Position numbers and translations under genes: made by a program. From Vicugna vicugna (lineage: Eukaryota), in contig MU058059.1 in NCBI GenBank assembly GCA_013265495.1, forward strand, positions 2,579,502 to 2,643,501: a stretch of DNA of 64,000 nucleotides, written 5' to 3'. A model generated the notes under the pieces. The model made no database searches, was not told where the DNA came from, and saw nothing but the letters and a program-made list of their open reading frames with translations. Positions 49,519 through 61,706 of this stretch are shown here, in pieces (position 1 is the stretch's first letter; each line of letters starts with the position of its first letter).

Positions 49519-50189
49519 AGATTAATTCCAACACCCTGGTGTCTAAGAAACCAGTGAATTCCATCAAGAATTTGTAGGCAAAGGGCCATGTCTTACTGCT
49601 GTGCAGTTAACTTTTTGGTTGACTTTGAACTAGTCTCTTTTGTAAATAAGTATTTTTAGAATACTGTAAAATGTTTAGTATTTGTAGGCGTGGTTTTTTT
49701 TTAAGTATTTTTGGGTGTCATCCAATATATTGAATCAGAATGGAAGAATTTTCACAGTTATGTTAACACAGCAGGGTGTTGAGAAGACAACTTACAGGAT
49801 AGGTCTAGAATATGCAACTCTTTCTCGGAGAAAGGATTCTTATTTTAAATATTTGACTGGCCTTGTAAAAGAATCAAGAATCGTGGCCCAGGACCCAGAC
49901 AGAGAGTTGAAAAAGCATAGCTTGTCGACACAAGTGCCTCACCTTACTTGCCTTTTTGACAATGTAAGTGTCCAGACTTGTTCGTCAGCGTCTCTGGAGG
50001 GAGACAGGGAGACTCAAAGCCTTTAGAAAGATCAACGAAAACTCTACAGAAAATGTCACGACAGTGTAAACTGATTATATACTTCAATAGAAAAAAAACA
50101 TAAAGTTCTAGCATGTTAAAATGCTCCCCCCGCCACACACACACAAGTAAACACATGCATATAGGCACTACTTCTACAATTGTCATTGG

Positions 50190-50483
50190 AGTTTTTTTTT
50201 GTTTTGAAATTTTTAAATTTTTTTTTATTGATGTATAGTCAGTTTACAATGTCGTGTCAGTTTCCAGTGTACAACATAATAGTCCAGTCACGCATGTACA
50301 TACATACATCCCTTTTCATTATAGCTTACTACAAGATATTGAGCATAGTTCCTTGTGCTATACAGTAGGACCTTGTTGTTTATCTGTTTTATATATAGTG
50401 GTTAGTATGCAAATCTCGAACTCCCGATTTATCCCCCCCCCCCCCCCCCCGGTAACCATAAGTTTGTTTTCTACGTCTGTGAG
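50190..50483 (-). mobile_element. 5'-truncated L1 3' end containing a C18 run
   Basis: ttttttattgatgtatagtcagtttacaatgtcgtgtcagtt...gttccttgtgctatacagtaggaccttgttgtttatctgtttt...ggtaaccataagtttgttttctacgtctgtgag. C run at 50433-50450. Confidence 0.9.
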
Positions 50484-51149
50484 GTGATCTTGGGTTAGGC
50501 TTTTAACGTCTGATTTGTTCTCAAGTCCTGGCGTTTCCAGCTTAAGGACCAAAGATTCTTAATCAAATATGTCTCTCTCTCTCTCTCTGGAAACTCTGCC
50601 CTGAAGGGGAGGGGTGGGGTCACTCTCCTCTGTGGGACTACAGCCCTTGTCTAATCTCTTTCCCATCTCATGACGCTTATCAGACTGGAAGCCAGGGCTT
50701 CAAGAGGGAGTGTCACTTTTTTTGATGCTAAATTATTAAAAACATTATTTGTATTGAAAATCAATATATCATGGAGCGAATGGCAACATTTGCATGCTTT
50801 ATTTAAAAAGATCAAGCAGCAGACTTTAAAGAAATTTGAAGCCAGTGGTAGAGCACTCAAGCTAAGCCTCAGGTTCCAGCTCGTGCATGTCCTCTCTTGT
50901 CTGCCTTTATGGGGACCAAGGATAGAAAAAGGTGAAAGTTGCAGCCTCTCTTTGACCAGCTCAGAGAGAACAGTGAGGAGCCTCAGGCTTAGACTCCAGG
51001 TCACCTTCAAAGCCACATGGCCGGCCTCGTAGGGCCGTTCTCAGCCGCATCAGACAGGACTCTGGGCCCAGGACTCTCTGCGCTGGATTTAATAGGAAGT
51101 CCACAGGGGAGCTCTGGGTCCCAGCACACATCATTTAGAAAGCATGTGC

Positions 51150-51330
51150 TTTAGATAAAAGGTCGTGAGTTCAAGTCCAGGCTGCTTGGGCAAACCTCTT
51201 AACAGCCCTAATCTCAGCTTGCAGATCTGTGAAACAGGGCGAAGACTATTTCTTAACCTCATAGTGGGCAGTGAGGGAATTAATACAATCACAGATCTAA
51301 AGACCTCTCACAAAGCCGGCTCAGGGTCAA
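51150..51330 (+). mobile_element. MIR
   Basis: gagttcaagtccaggctgcttgggcaaacctcttaac...ctcagcttgcagatctgtgaaacaggg...aacctcatagtgggcagtgagg. Confidence 0.6.
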
Positions 51331-53659
51331 AGCAGAGGGATCGGCAGTTGCTGGTACCTTCTTTTCTGGCTGTGTATGGCTCTTAGGGCTCTGCAGAGAA
51401 CAAGGTAATGAATCCAGACCACTGCCCCTCCCGAGTTTGCGTGCTGCTGCCCTTCAGAGAGGTTCAAAATTGAACTTCCCGGAAATTGAACAGCTTTCTT
51501 GATGCTACGCAGGGTGCATTTACGTGAATGTCACGTGGCCGCAGCGGTCTCCCGGAGCACCAGAGAGTGAGGGGAACGCGCTTGTTGTGTTACATGTCAT
51601 GACCTGTGATGAGTCCCCCTCGGGCGAAGTTTCCCCATCCACCTGCCTTTGGGGTGTAAACAGCATCGGCCCGACCCAGGCCGTTATCTCGCTACTGGCA
51701 ACGAGGGTGATGATGATACTAATGAGAAAAGCTGCTGCGTTTTCACAGACAACTGCTTTCTTGGAAGCTGTGGTCGCCCAAAGCAGCGTATAACCTGTTC
51801 TGTGCCTGCCTGTGGCGCAGCGCACGGAACTAAATGCCAGGCTCCCTTTGCCGTCCCGCCGTTGGAGTTCCTTGGTTCCTCGCTGCCCTTCATTTAATGT
51901 GGACGCCCCCCTGTGTTTGTCCTTCAGCGACGTCAGTTCTCCAGAGAACACGAGAGGGTGCCCTTTAACAGAGCTCTGCTAAGGGGGGTTGGAGGTGATC
52001 TCACTGAACAGCTTTTTCAGACTCTGGGGGCGAAACTGGGGAAACACAGGATGGCTTGTAAGGGAGTGAGGAGCATCGCAGGTTTCCGTCAACATGTTGT
52101 TTTCATTTGGAAGAGTCAGCACCTGTCTCTGAGACAGAGTCTTTGAAAATCAGCCTGGTGCCTGCCTTGGCGTTTAATAAACAGCTCAGTACGTCTCTCA
52201 GTATCTCTGATGAGTTGTCCCATTTACCCCAGTCGGTATCCGAGCAATACATCACGTTAGCAATGTCATGGATGTTCAGCTGAATATGTATAATTTACTT
52301 ACTGGTATTGCTAATAGTGCAGTTACTAATTACGGCTTATTATTAATTATAACAGTTTACTCAAGTTAGAGACCTTGGTCAGAGCGCACCCTGGCATGCC
52401 AGTGTTTGTCTGGGATCTTGCCTGGGTGCTGTCCTTGCGGTGCTTTAATTTTGCTCTTTGACTCAAGATTATATCTAACTTCACAGTAAATGTAATAAGA
52501 AGCATTGTGTGCTATTACTAGTTTGGTGGGTTCTTCTTGTATGTCTCTGAATAATTTCTTTAGATATTGGTGTATATTTATGTACAAATGTGCACACCAC
52601 ACACACACACACATCAGACACATCAGAGTGAATTACGTGGTTTTTTTAGCCAGTTTAGAGGCTTACTAAAGGGAATTTTCAGATTTCCACCTTCTTTCTT
52701 CTATGAGTAACAACGAAACTAGAAAATGCTTTTAAAATAGGGTTGTAGGAATAGGAATATAACCATGTTATTAAATAAAATTATTCATAATAACTTTAAT
52801 CATGCTAGCATTATCTTAGATGTTCCTCCTTGTTTTGCTTTCTAAAAAGCCCCAGACCATTGTAATTACTCTCCGGCAGAAATTTTGGCCAGTTTAGAGA
52901 CTTCTAAAACAAATTCCACATGTGACCATGAAAAATGGCCCATAGCTACTTACTCATTACAAGTATTGAGTTCATAACACTTTATTCTTGACAGAGACTC
53001 ATTTCCTGTCTCTCTGATAACGTTCCCAGTTAACTTCCTTGTCATTGATGGATATATATATTTCAGTGCTTTCATGCTGGAAATACAACATTTTGCCACA
53101 AGTATTTATTTCCATGCTCTTTCTTTCTAGTAATCTCACTTTATCAGTGATGAAAGTTTGGTCAGTAAATTTACTGGTAAAGTCTTTCATCTGTCCCCCA
53201 CATACGAGAAAACCCTTCTATGCCCGGCAGTCTCCCCGCACGCTCCGTGGAGCCAGAGCTCAGATGGCCCTTCTTTCTCAGCGCGTTGTCTTGGTGGTCA
53301 TGAGGTCATCAAAAGGTAGCTGCAGCCACTCTTCATAACAACTCCACCCTAAGTGCTGGGAATTGGTGGAGGACAGACCACAACATAGGACACACGTGGT
53401 TGCCTTCACGCATCTACTTTTTCCTCCCTTTTCTTTCCTTTTCTCCCCATCACCCTGGGTCTGAGAACTTTAACATAAATGGAAAAAGAATAGGTGAGGT
53501 TTAATGTGAGAGATCTTTGATCCAGCGTGAACTGCGGACACTTGAGAAGATACGGGGTTGGGTCCTGTGAGAAGCCAAAAAGTACAACCAGCTTTGTCCC
53601 CATATGTCAGGGTGTACAATAAAGGATTTACCAAATTAATTGAATTCAAGGTCAAAAAT

Positions 53660-54240
53660 AGTGAAGAGGGGTGAAAGGCAGAGCTATGGCAGTCCAGTAG
53701 GAGAAAGAAGACTTTTTACAAAGCCCCCGGAACAGTGCTGGGCGAGGTGGCCTTGGAGGGTGGGAAGGATGTGAACTTACGAAGTGTGAGTTGGGGGAGG
53801 GTCCCTGGAGAAGAAGCGGCAGGACAAAAGGCCCTGAGAAGGGGAATGTCAGGTCGGGGGAAGCCGAGCATCTCCATGGGGTTGTAACACAGGTGGATGT
53901 GGGGAAGTAGAAGGAGGCATAAAGCTAGGAAAGGGGGTTGGAGCTGGCTCCTGGGAGGCCCGACTGCCTTTTGAAATAAGCATTTGAAAGCTCTTGGGTT
54001 TTTGTTCTGTTTGGTAAATGAAAGAGAGAACAGATCAGGGCTCTTCTTTAAGAAGATGAGTATGGCTTCAGTGTGTACAAGAGACTGCAGGGGGCGTTTC
54101 CTTGGGAGTCAAGTACGAAAGTCCGGAAGAGAAATGAACCAGGTCAGTGGCAGTGGGAGAAAAGATGCGGTGTAGCATCTTTGTGAATTGTTAGAGATTG
54201 GGCAGGGAGGGAAACTGACCTTCCTCGTGCCAGGTGACTG
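53660..54240 (-). mobile_element. L2 remnant
   Basis: ggccttggagggtgggaaggat; gcaggacaaaaggccctgag; tttaagaagatgagtatggcttcagtgtg; gtggcagtgggagaaaagatg. Confidence 0.6.
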
Positions 54241-55144
54241 TTCTTCAGCCCAGCAGTGGAGTGAATAGACCGCCTTTGTGGTCTGTTTCATTTTCAGGTG
54301 CTGAGGGTCAAAATGTCAGTTACGTAGGACCAAATTCATTTACTTGCTCTGAATTTTGTTAACCCTGTGGTACATCCCAGGCCCTGAGCATACAGAGAGG
54401 GAAAGGATGCAGCTTTTCTCTGCAAGAACACCAGTCCCTGCTTTTGTTTAAGCCTAGGTGATCAGGAACATCCCCACACATACGCAGACCACGCAGGGTC
54501 ACGGTTCTCCCTATAAACGTCTCCTCTGTGTTTTAAGACATTCGTTCAGGAAAGACTTCTCAGATGACCAGTGTGTTAGAGACAGTGGGGTGATGCCTGC
54601 AAGTCAAAAGTGGATGAGAAAAAGTTCTTACTCTTGGAAAGCTTCAGGGCACCTGCTGGTCTTTCCTTGGTTGGATAAAAGTCCTTTGTCATCTGTCTCT
54701 CGCCCCGCTTTTCTACCCCGTCAGTCATTTGTGGTTCTTTTCTGTGATCTCCCTTCACCTTTGACCTGCACACTGTACTCTGGAAGGACCACGTGCATGT
54801 CACCACCCCCGTACAATTCGGAACCACGTTGAGCAGGTCTGTCTTTTCCGCACTGAGGCCTGGGATGTCCTGAGTCTTCATCTGTCGAGCACGTTTTTCT
54901 TTCAGGATTTTAGTTTCCTTCCTGCATTGAGCTGCGCTTGGGTTTGTTTTCATTCTGTTGTTGGCTTCTCGTCTCTCCAGCTGATTAGGATGATTTAAGC
55001 TCGAGTCTTTGTCTTCCAGAATGTGGGTGAGGATCACCCAAGTTTTCTGGGTTATTGGGGAAAGTTGTGATGCCGTGAAACAAGAGTGGGCTTCAGGGTC
55101 ACACTTGGATCCAGGATGTAGCCCCCTCCCCACTTCCCTTCTCA

Positions 55145-55285
55145 CCGACTTAAGACAAGCTCCTTACCCTGACCGCTTCAGTTACCTGGTTTCCTCATTT
55201 GTGAAATGGTGTTAGTTATACCTCACGGTGCAACATTAAATAAAGTTACATAAGATACCTGGAACATGAAGTAGGTCTTCAGAAA
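55145..55285 (+). mobile_element. MIR 3' fragment
   Basis: ctggtttcctcatttgtgaaatgg...tatacctcacgg...cctggaacatgaagtaggtcttcag. Confidence 0.65.
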
Positions 55286-55593
55286 GATCAGCCCCTTCTT
55301 TTCTGACTAATTTAGTGGCATCTGGGCAATTGATCAGTCAACTTTAAATTCCTCTACAATTAAGAATACTTTCCAGTTTTGACTAACTCTGGCTAATCAT
55401 AAAACCAGGGTTTGACTCCACCAGGTTTGCCTCGTCACCGTGTCAAAGGATCTTTTAAAATAGTGCCAAGAAGGACACTGGCCAACTGCTAAAGATGTGA
55501 GTATATCAGGAGGTTCTAAAAACGACAACCCAATTAAATACTTTTCCCAGTTTGCCATAGTCTCTGAAAACTGCCCTCACGGATGTTTAGGAC

Positions 55594-55780
55594 CAGTGGT
55601 TCTCCAGCTGGGCTTTTCCTCCTGTTGGGGGTGGGGAAGGTTTACCGCCAAAGGAGGGACACACAGTTTCCTGGGTCCCACCTCAGACTTCCGATCCGGA
55701 GTCCCTGGGGCACTCAGCCACCTGCATGTGCCAGAAGCTCTCAGATGACCCTTAAACTCTCTATAATTAGAGAAGCCCTG
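55594..55780. mobile_element. MER5-type hAT-Charlie MITE
   Basis: Terminal inverted repeats cagtggttctc ... gagaagccctg. Internal tcctgggtcccacctcagacttccgatccggagtccctgggg matches the recalled MER5 core. Confidence 0.7.
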
Positions 55781-57959
55781 TTCTAGAATATATTGAACAG
55801 AATGGCATGGTTAATGTAAGCCTTACTTATCAAATGACTTCACTGAGGGAAAATTGTATGTTTAATAAATGAGAGTCAGGGGATGACATGACCTGACTCT
55901 CTCCTAAGACCCCAGGAATCTCCACCTGTTTTCTAAGGGTCACCTCTGATGCCTGAGGGTCACTGGCCTGTGAAAGGACATCCCACTGCCTGCATCCCTT
56001 GCTAGACTCTGTGCTTCTTTGTGAACCTGCGAAATAGGGATTCGTCTAGAAAGCACAGAGAATTTATTAGGTACATTTGCTTTTTGATGAAATAGTGAAT
56101 GACCATTTTTCAAGCAGCAGGAAAAGCTACAAGGGTCTTTTGCAAACAGTGTCAGCTTCGTGCAGAATGCTGTGGTCCTTCCTCCCACAAAAATGATATT
56201 TAAGAGCTGAACGTAAGTCTGGGGGAAAAAAATCAGAGACAGTTGATGTTTGTTTTAATACCTTCAAAGTTAGGTTTCAAACTGACTGTTGGACGTGTCT
56301 GCTCTTCACTGATACACCCTCGAAATCTCCCACTCACATTCCTTTTATTGATTATTCACTTTGTATGAAAGGTGAACACACTTGATAACTTCTTATTGAC
56401 AAGCTGTTCACTCATTTTATTACTTGACTGTGATTTGAGAAATGCAAATGGAAAAAATAAAGCCATTTCATCAGATCAGTAACAGCACTAATAATTCTCT
56501 GGAAACTTTTAGTGCCCAGGGTGTAAGTGATGAGTGTCTGATAGATTGTCTTACCCCTGGGGTGTTGGCTCCATCAATAAGTGAGAGCAGTAACTGTCAT
56601 GAAATTAGAACAAAAGTAAAAAAGTAGATTAATTTTTTAGAGACGGTATATATCAAACAAACCAGCCTCTCAGTTTTATGTGAAAAATTATGTTTCTGAT
56701 TATTACTTGTGCGTCTTACATGCTCCGCATGCCCTAGGGTGGAAATTAGGTACAAAGGAAGCGTTATAAATTCAAAAGCATAATCAGGTTACCAATAATA
56801 CAGAAAGTGTGAGTGTAGCTTATTCCAGGGATCCTGATTGACTTTGCATTTCCAGAAAGATAAACAGTGACGTGAAATTTAAATGAAAAATCTTGGAGAT
56901 GTTTCACGGTTGTACAGAATGTTAAGGCGTGGCTGGAAAAAGCAAATGCAGACTGTGAGGAATTCTCAGCCTCTGAGCAGCAAGATGTGAATGAGCCGTC
57001 AGGCAATAAATAATCTGTAAAACCCGGGTGTTGCTATTTTTAAGGACAAGAAAAGACCCCTGCAAAAGGTGAAAACGAAACTCTGAAGATTAATTTAAAT
57101 AGATTCTCTAGTTCACAGAGTCTTGCAAAGGCTGGTCCCAGGTGGCTGGGCAGCCTCAGTGGACATTTTAGAATCTCTTTTGGGACCAGCACTCTTGAAA
57201 CACACTCGGAGGAACAACATCCTTACACGTTTCTGCAGTCTCCGTATGATTTTCTGCTTTGACTTTTCTCTCGTGAGGTTTTCCACCTGCTGCTTCTCTC
57301 CTGAGCACTTCCCACGGTTGCTGGCCCCGAGTTTTTCTGTCCTTTCCCCTCAGGTATCAGGAGTGGGGTTTTGGCCTTTGGTGTGGCGCGTTGGGAGAAG
57401 GAAGTGTTTTGTTGCTTGAGTTCAGTTCAAACGTGGGACCCGAACACGCGTGTCCTTCCACCCAGCGCCTGGCGCTCTGAGCCTGAGGGACATGTGTGCG
57501 GCTGGTGGGCTTCTTCCTGTGCATCCCCTGTGTCCCTTCAGCTCCAGTCAGCCCCTTGGACTGGACATTGGCAGCCTGCGGCCTGTGCTCTCTGAATGGG
57601 ATGTCCTTCTGTCCTCTAGTTGTGTCCTGGAGCTCACCCGTGGCCCCTCACGTGGCTTCTTGTGTTGTGCCCTGAAGCAATAGGTGACAGTCTTCTTACG
57701 CATCTTGAATTCCCCTGCAGAGCCTCGTTACAGTGCCTGGAGCGCACAAGGAGTGGTCTGTTTGGAGACTGAAAACCGAGAACATAGGAGTGGACGTAGA
57801 GTCTCTCGAGCAAGGGTCCTTTCTCTGAATCCGTTGCAGGGGTGCTTCTACCACCAATGGGATCCCGGACCCCTTGGGATGGAACTCTGGGTAGTGTCAC
57901 CCTCCACCGGGGCTCCTCCTCTTCTCTCCTTCATCTAGTGTGAGGAGGGAGGGGATGGC

Positions 57960-59275
57960 CCACCCTGTGCTCCTGGAGAAGCTCGCAGCCCCTCCACCCA
58001 GCCCTCACACCTCTCCATCACCACCTGCCTTGAGAGCATCAGGGTTCATCCCACGAGGCCCTTTTTCTCCAGAAGCCCCTTGTCCAGCTCTCCCTCCTTC
58101 CCCTAGACCTTGACCCCCTCACCTCTCTGTCCGACCCTCTCCAGACCCATCCCTTCCTCCCTCTCAAGGTCACTGCTCCAGCAGTCACCTCCTTTCCATC
58201 CTGTGTCAACGTTGCCCTCTCTATAGGGTCATATGCTTCAGCATTACAAATGCCGTCATTTCTCATGCCTTAAAAAAAATCTTCCCTTGAGCCCTGCGCA
58301 CCTCTCTGGCTCCTCCGTGAAGGTGGTGCTCCTCTGTTTGTGTTCACGCGATGTCCCCCTCCTCGCCGGTGTCCCTCCTCCCTCAGACTCCCTCAGTCAG
58401 CTGCTCCTTTTCAGCTCCACTTCTCGTCCCTCCTGGCGATGCACCTTCTCCCAAGGGCCCTCAGGCCGTCTCGGGGCTTTAAGTGCCTCTTTTTGCTGAC
58501 GACGCCCAGATAGATGCCCCGAGGCCAGGCCTCTCCCCTTTATGTCTGACAGCCTACTTGGCGTCTGTGTAACATCCCAGAACTCGCGTGTCCCCAACCA
58601 AACTCCCTGTTTCCCCACCTGCCCCCAGACATGCCCCTCGGAGTCCTCTCCATTCCCAGACTTGGTGACCCCGTTTTCCAGTCACTCGTGCAGAAGCCCT
58701 GGTGTTGTATCAGCACCTGTGCACCCAGCTCATGGGCCAACCTGATGGCTCCACTGGCAAGGTGTAGTTGAGCTTGACCACCTCTCACCACCTCCACTGC
58801 TGCCGTCTGACTGCCGACAGCCCGGTATCCTGCAAAGGCCTCGTAACTGACGTACCCGTTCTAAGCACTGCTGCCAGCATGATCCTGGTGCAACCTGAGC
58901 CAGGTCGCATCGCTCCTCCACTCCGAATCCCCCCGGAGCTCCTGGCTCCTGCAGGGAAAGAGCGGAGTCCTTCCAGGGGCTTGTACCTTCAAACCGTTTC
59001 TTCCCACTGCTCTTCCTGGGTGTCAGTGTATCTCGCTCCTCTTCCTTTTTCTGGTCTCTGCTCAAGGGCTACCCCCCACCCCCATCCATGTCTTTCTCTG
59101 CAACATGAACTCTGACTGACATCCTGCACACAGTACCCTCTGCTCTGAGTCTGTCTCCCGCAGGAATCTAACTTCCACGAGGACAGAGGCTTTTGTGTGA
59201 CCCAGATGCTCACTGCTGCGTTCCTGGAACTGCACACGTAGCTGGATGCTCGATAAATACTTGATGACGAATGCT
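57960..59275 (+). mobile_element. L2 remnant (~1.3 kb)
   Basis: Pyrimidine-rich L2 ORF2/3' pattern (cttctcccaagggccctcagg; gacgacgcccagat; tgtccccaaccaaactccctg) ending acgtagctggatgctcgataaatacttgatgacgaatg. Confidence 0.65.
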
Positions 59276-61007
59276 CCCGATTTCCCCCCATGCAGGGACA
59301 GCCTGGCCTGTCCGTCATGCAGAGGTCCTGGGCGGCCACGCCCCTGCCCTTCCCTCTAAACCTGCTTCCCGTGTTTCTCAGGAGACACTACCCTGGCGCT
59401 GTGGGCTCAGCCTCTCCAGGCAGGGCTGACGGTCTCCACGTCCCCCTAGGCTGGCATCCGTGTGTCTCTGGGGAGTCTGTCCAGCCAGCTCAGTGGGCAG
59501 AGCTGGGCCAGGCCCTCGAGTCAGTGACTGAGTCCACCCAGTGCGCAGCCCGGCTAGCAGGTCATTTTGTTTTACATCCAACATGGGGCCAAGATGGACT
59601 GTTGAAAACCAACCAAACACTACACAGGGTCATCCTTCTCTTTCTTGTGGGATTTTTCACATTAGATGGTATATCTGGAACCTTAAATAATGAAGGTTCA
59701 CTGGAATACCACCCTTTAAAACAAGCTTTTTTTCTTGGTCATTAAAACAATACAGAGCACCCGGAGCTGTCACTGAGCATCAGCAGCAGGATATCTGCAG
59801 ATTCCACTCTGTATTCCAGCAGCCTCTCGTCCTCCATCCCCTGAAGTATTTAGCTTATTCATCACTGTAATCAATGTCTTCAAGTCTAGATGATGCCCCC
59901 TGTTAAATGCATACATTTGAGTTTATTCTCTTTAAACGGAGCTAAATGTGTGGTCAACTCTAAGCAAAATGCGCAGTAGAAGAGAAAAAAAATGCTTTTC
60001 CATGAAGAACTGAAATTTATACCAAAAGAAAAAAAGAATAAAAGTTTGTAACATTAGAAGCCTGGCAAGAAAATAACAAGACAAAGGGGGAAATATTATA
60101 AAAACAACTCTTTGGCCAAGCAGTTTGTAAATTATAACGTTAAGTTCATAGATGTGGTAAGGAAGGGAAAAAAAGCTAGCCGTTGGTTGCAACCACATTC
60201 TGTCACAAAGTATCCTCTGTCCGAGGCCAAGGCCAACTGACAGCTCATGGCCACATATTTCCAAAGAAACAGAAGTGGAGAGAAGAGGTTGTGTGGCGGG
60301 AGGACCGAAGGGAGTCCATCATGGGCAGGACTCGGGGCGAGCACCCGGGGAGGGGCGGGAAAGTGTGCACCCAGAGTGAGCCTGTGACTAATGGTGCGCC
60401 CCCGTGAGGTCATCCCCAGGGCCTGACTGACTTCATCCCAGCTTGTGATTGTGTCCCTGCCTCCCCAGTGGCGTCCTAAACCCAGACACCAGGACCAGCC
60501 GCGTCACCCAGGCATGCCGCGGCGATCTGCACAGGGAGGGTGGCTCACAGACGTGCCTTTTTGGCGTTGCTCTCCAACTTTGCGTGATTGCTGCCCTCAT
60601 CACATTGCACTTGTTTCCCGCAGTGAGAGGACACCTCGTTTTCTTGACCTGCGATGTGAAATGTGTTAAAAGTAAGTGCTGCAGAGTGAGGCTCCTGAGC
60701 TCACGCGGCTGCACAACACCCCTCTGGGGACGAAGGGCTGCAGGGGCGGCCCTCCCCTGACTCAGGCTGCAGCCTCCTGCCGTTCGGTGAGCAGAAGCAC
60801 ATGTGTGACCATTCACAGGACAGGCTCTTCTCTTAGTGTTTGCGATGTATGTGTTGCATCCGTGTGCAACACGGATTTTTTTATATTTAAATCAAGCTAA
60901 ATCAAGTTTTTCTAAATAATTTCCTTCCCAAGTGTTGTATTTACTGGCGTAATTTTGTTACAAAAAATACTTGGAGAATCATTTATTTAGAAAATATCTT
61001 TGGCGAA

Positions 61008-61144
61008 GGTAAGGAAGGGTAGAGCTCCTTGGTAGAGCGTGTGCTTAGCAGGCACACGATCCTGGGTTCAATTCCTAGTACCTCCTCTAAAAATAAATAA
61101 ATAAAATAATGTTACCTCCCCCCACCCCCACACACAAAATACAT
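61008..61144 (+). mobile_element. tRNA-Ala-derived camelid SINE (Vic-1 type) with TSD
   Basis: GGAAGGGTAGAGCTCCTTGGTAGAGCGTGTGCTTAGCAGGCACACGATCCTGGGTTCAATTCCTAGTACCTCC plus an (AAAT)n tail. TSD tttggcgaa at 60999-61007 and 61150-61158, extending to 14 bp with one mismatch. Confidence 0.92.
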
Positions 61145-61484
61145 ATATATTTGGCGAACTTGCAGTCTACACCCAGTGAGATAAACGGAATGGTTCCCAA
61201 TGTGCTAACATTTGGAAGAATAAAACCAATTTGGTTTTATTTTTTAAGTTTTTTAAATTGGATTTAAAAAAATCAAAATTGGAAACCATTGGCCTTTTTT
61301 CTGTCTTCATGAATTTGAAATATGTTATTTTTACCTCTTATTCATCTTTTAAAACATACACATTTTATCTCTAAATTTTTCTTAGCATTTTATTTAAAGC
61401 AACAATATCCTTTAAATCTACCACTGGGCTGTTACAGTCCAGTGGCATATTGGAGTGGTACACTTAAGATATAATTACAATTAA

Positions 61485-61706
61485 CAGGTATGCACTATTG
61501 TTTATAAAATACATAAACAACGGGGACTTACTATACAGCACAGGAAAGTATATTCAATTTCTTGTAATGAGATATAATGTGAAAGAATCTGAAAAGAAAA
61601 TATATCTGTATGTATGTGTATAACAATTGAATTGCTTTGTGGTATACCTGAAACTAACACTGTAAATCAATTACATTTAAAGAAAAAATAAAATTAAAGG
61701 AAAAAA
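61485..61706 (+). mobile_element. 5'-truncated L1 3' end with TSD
   Basis: ataaacaacggggacttactatacagcacaggaaagtatattcaat...ctttgtggtatacctgaaactaacactgtaaatcaatta plus A tail. 19-bp TSD aagat(at/gc)aattacaattaa at 61466-61484 and 61707-61725, preceded by TT|AAGA (L1 endonuclease-type site). Confidence 0.9.

Noticed and set aside
61008-61085. tRNA-Ala gene (also at 12.6, 44.4 and 47.4 kb)
   Set aside because: Stems are degenerate and the copies have A-rich tails and TSDs. They are SINE copies, not functional tRNA genes.
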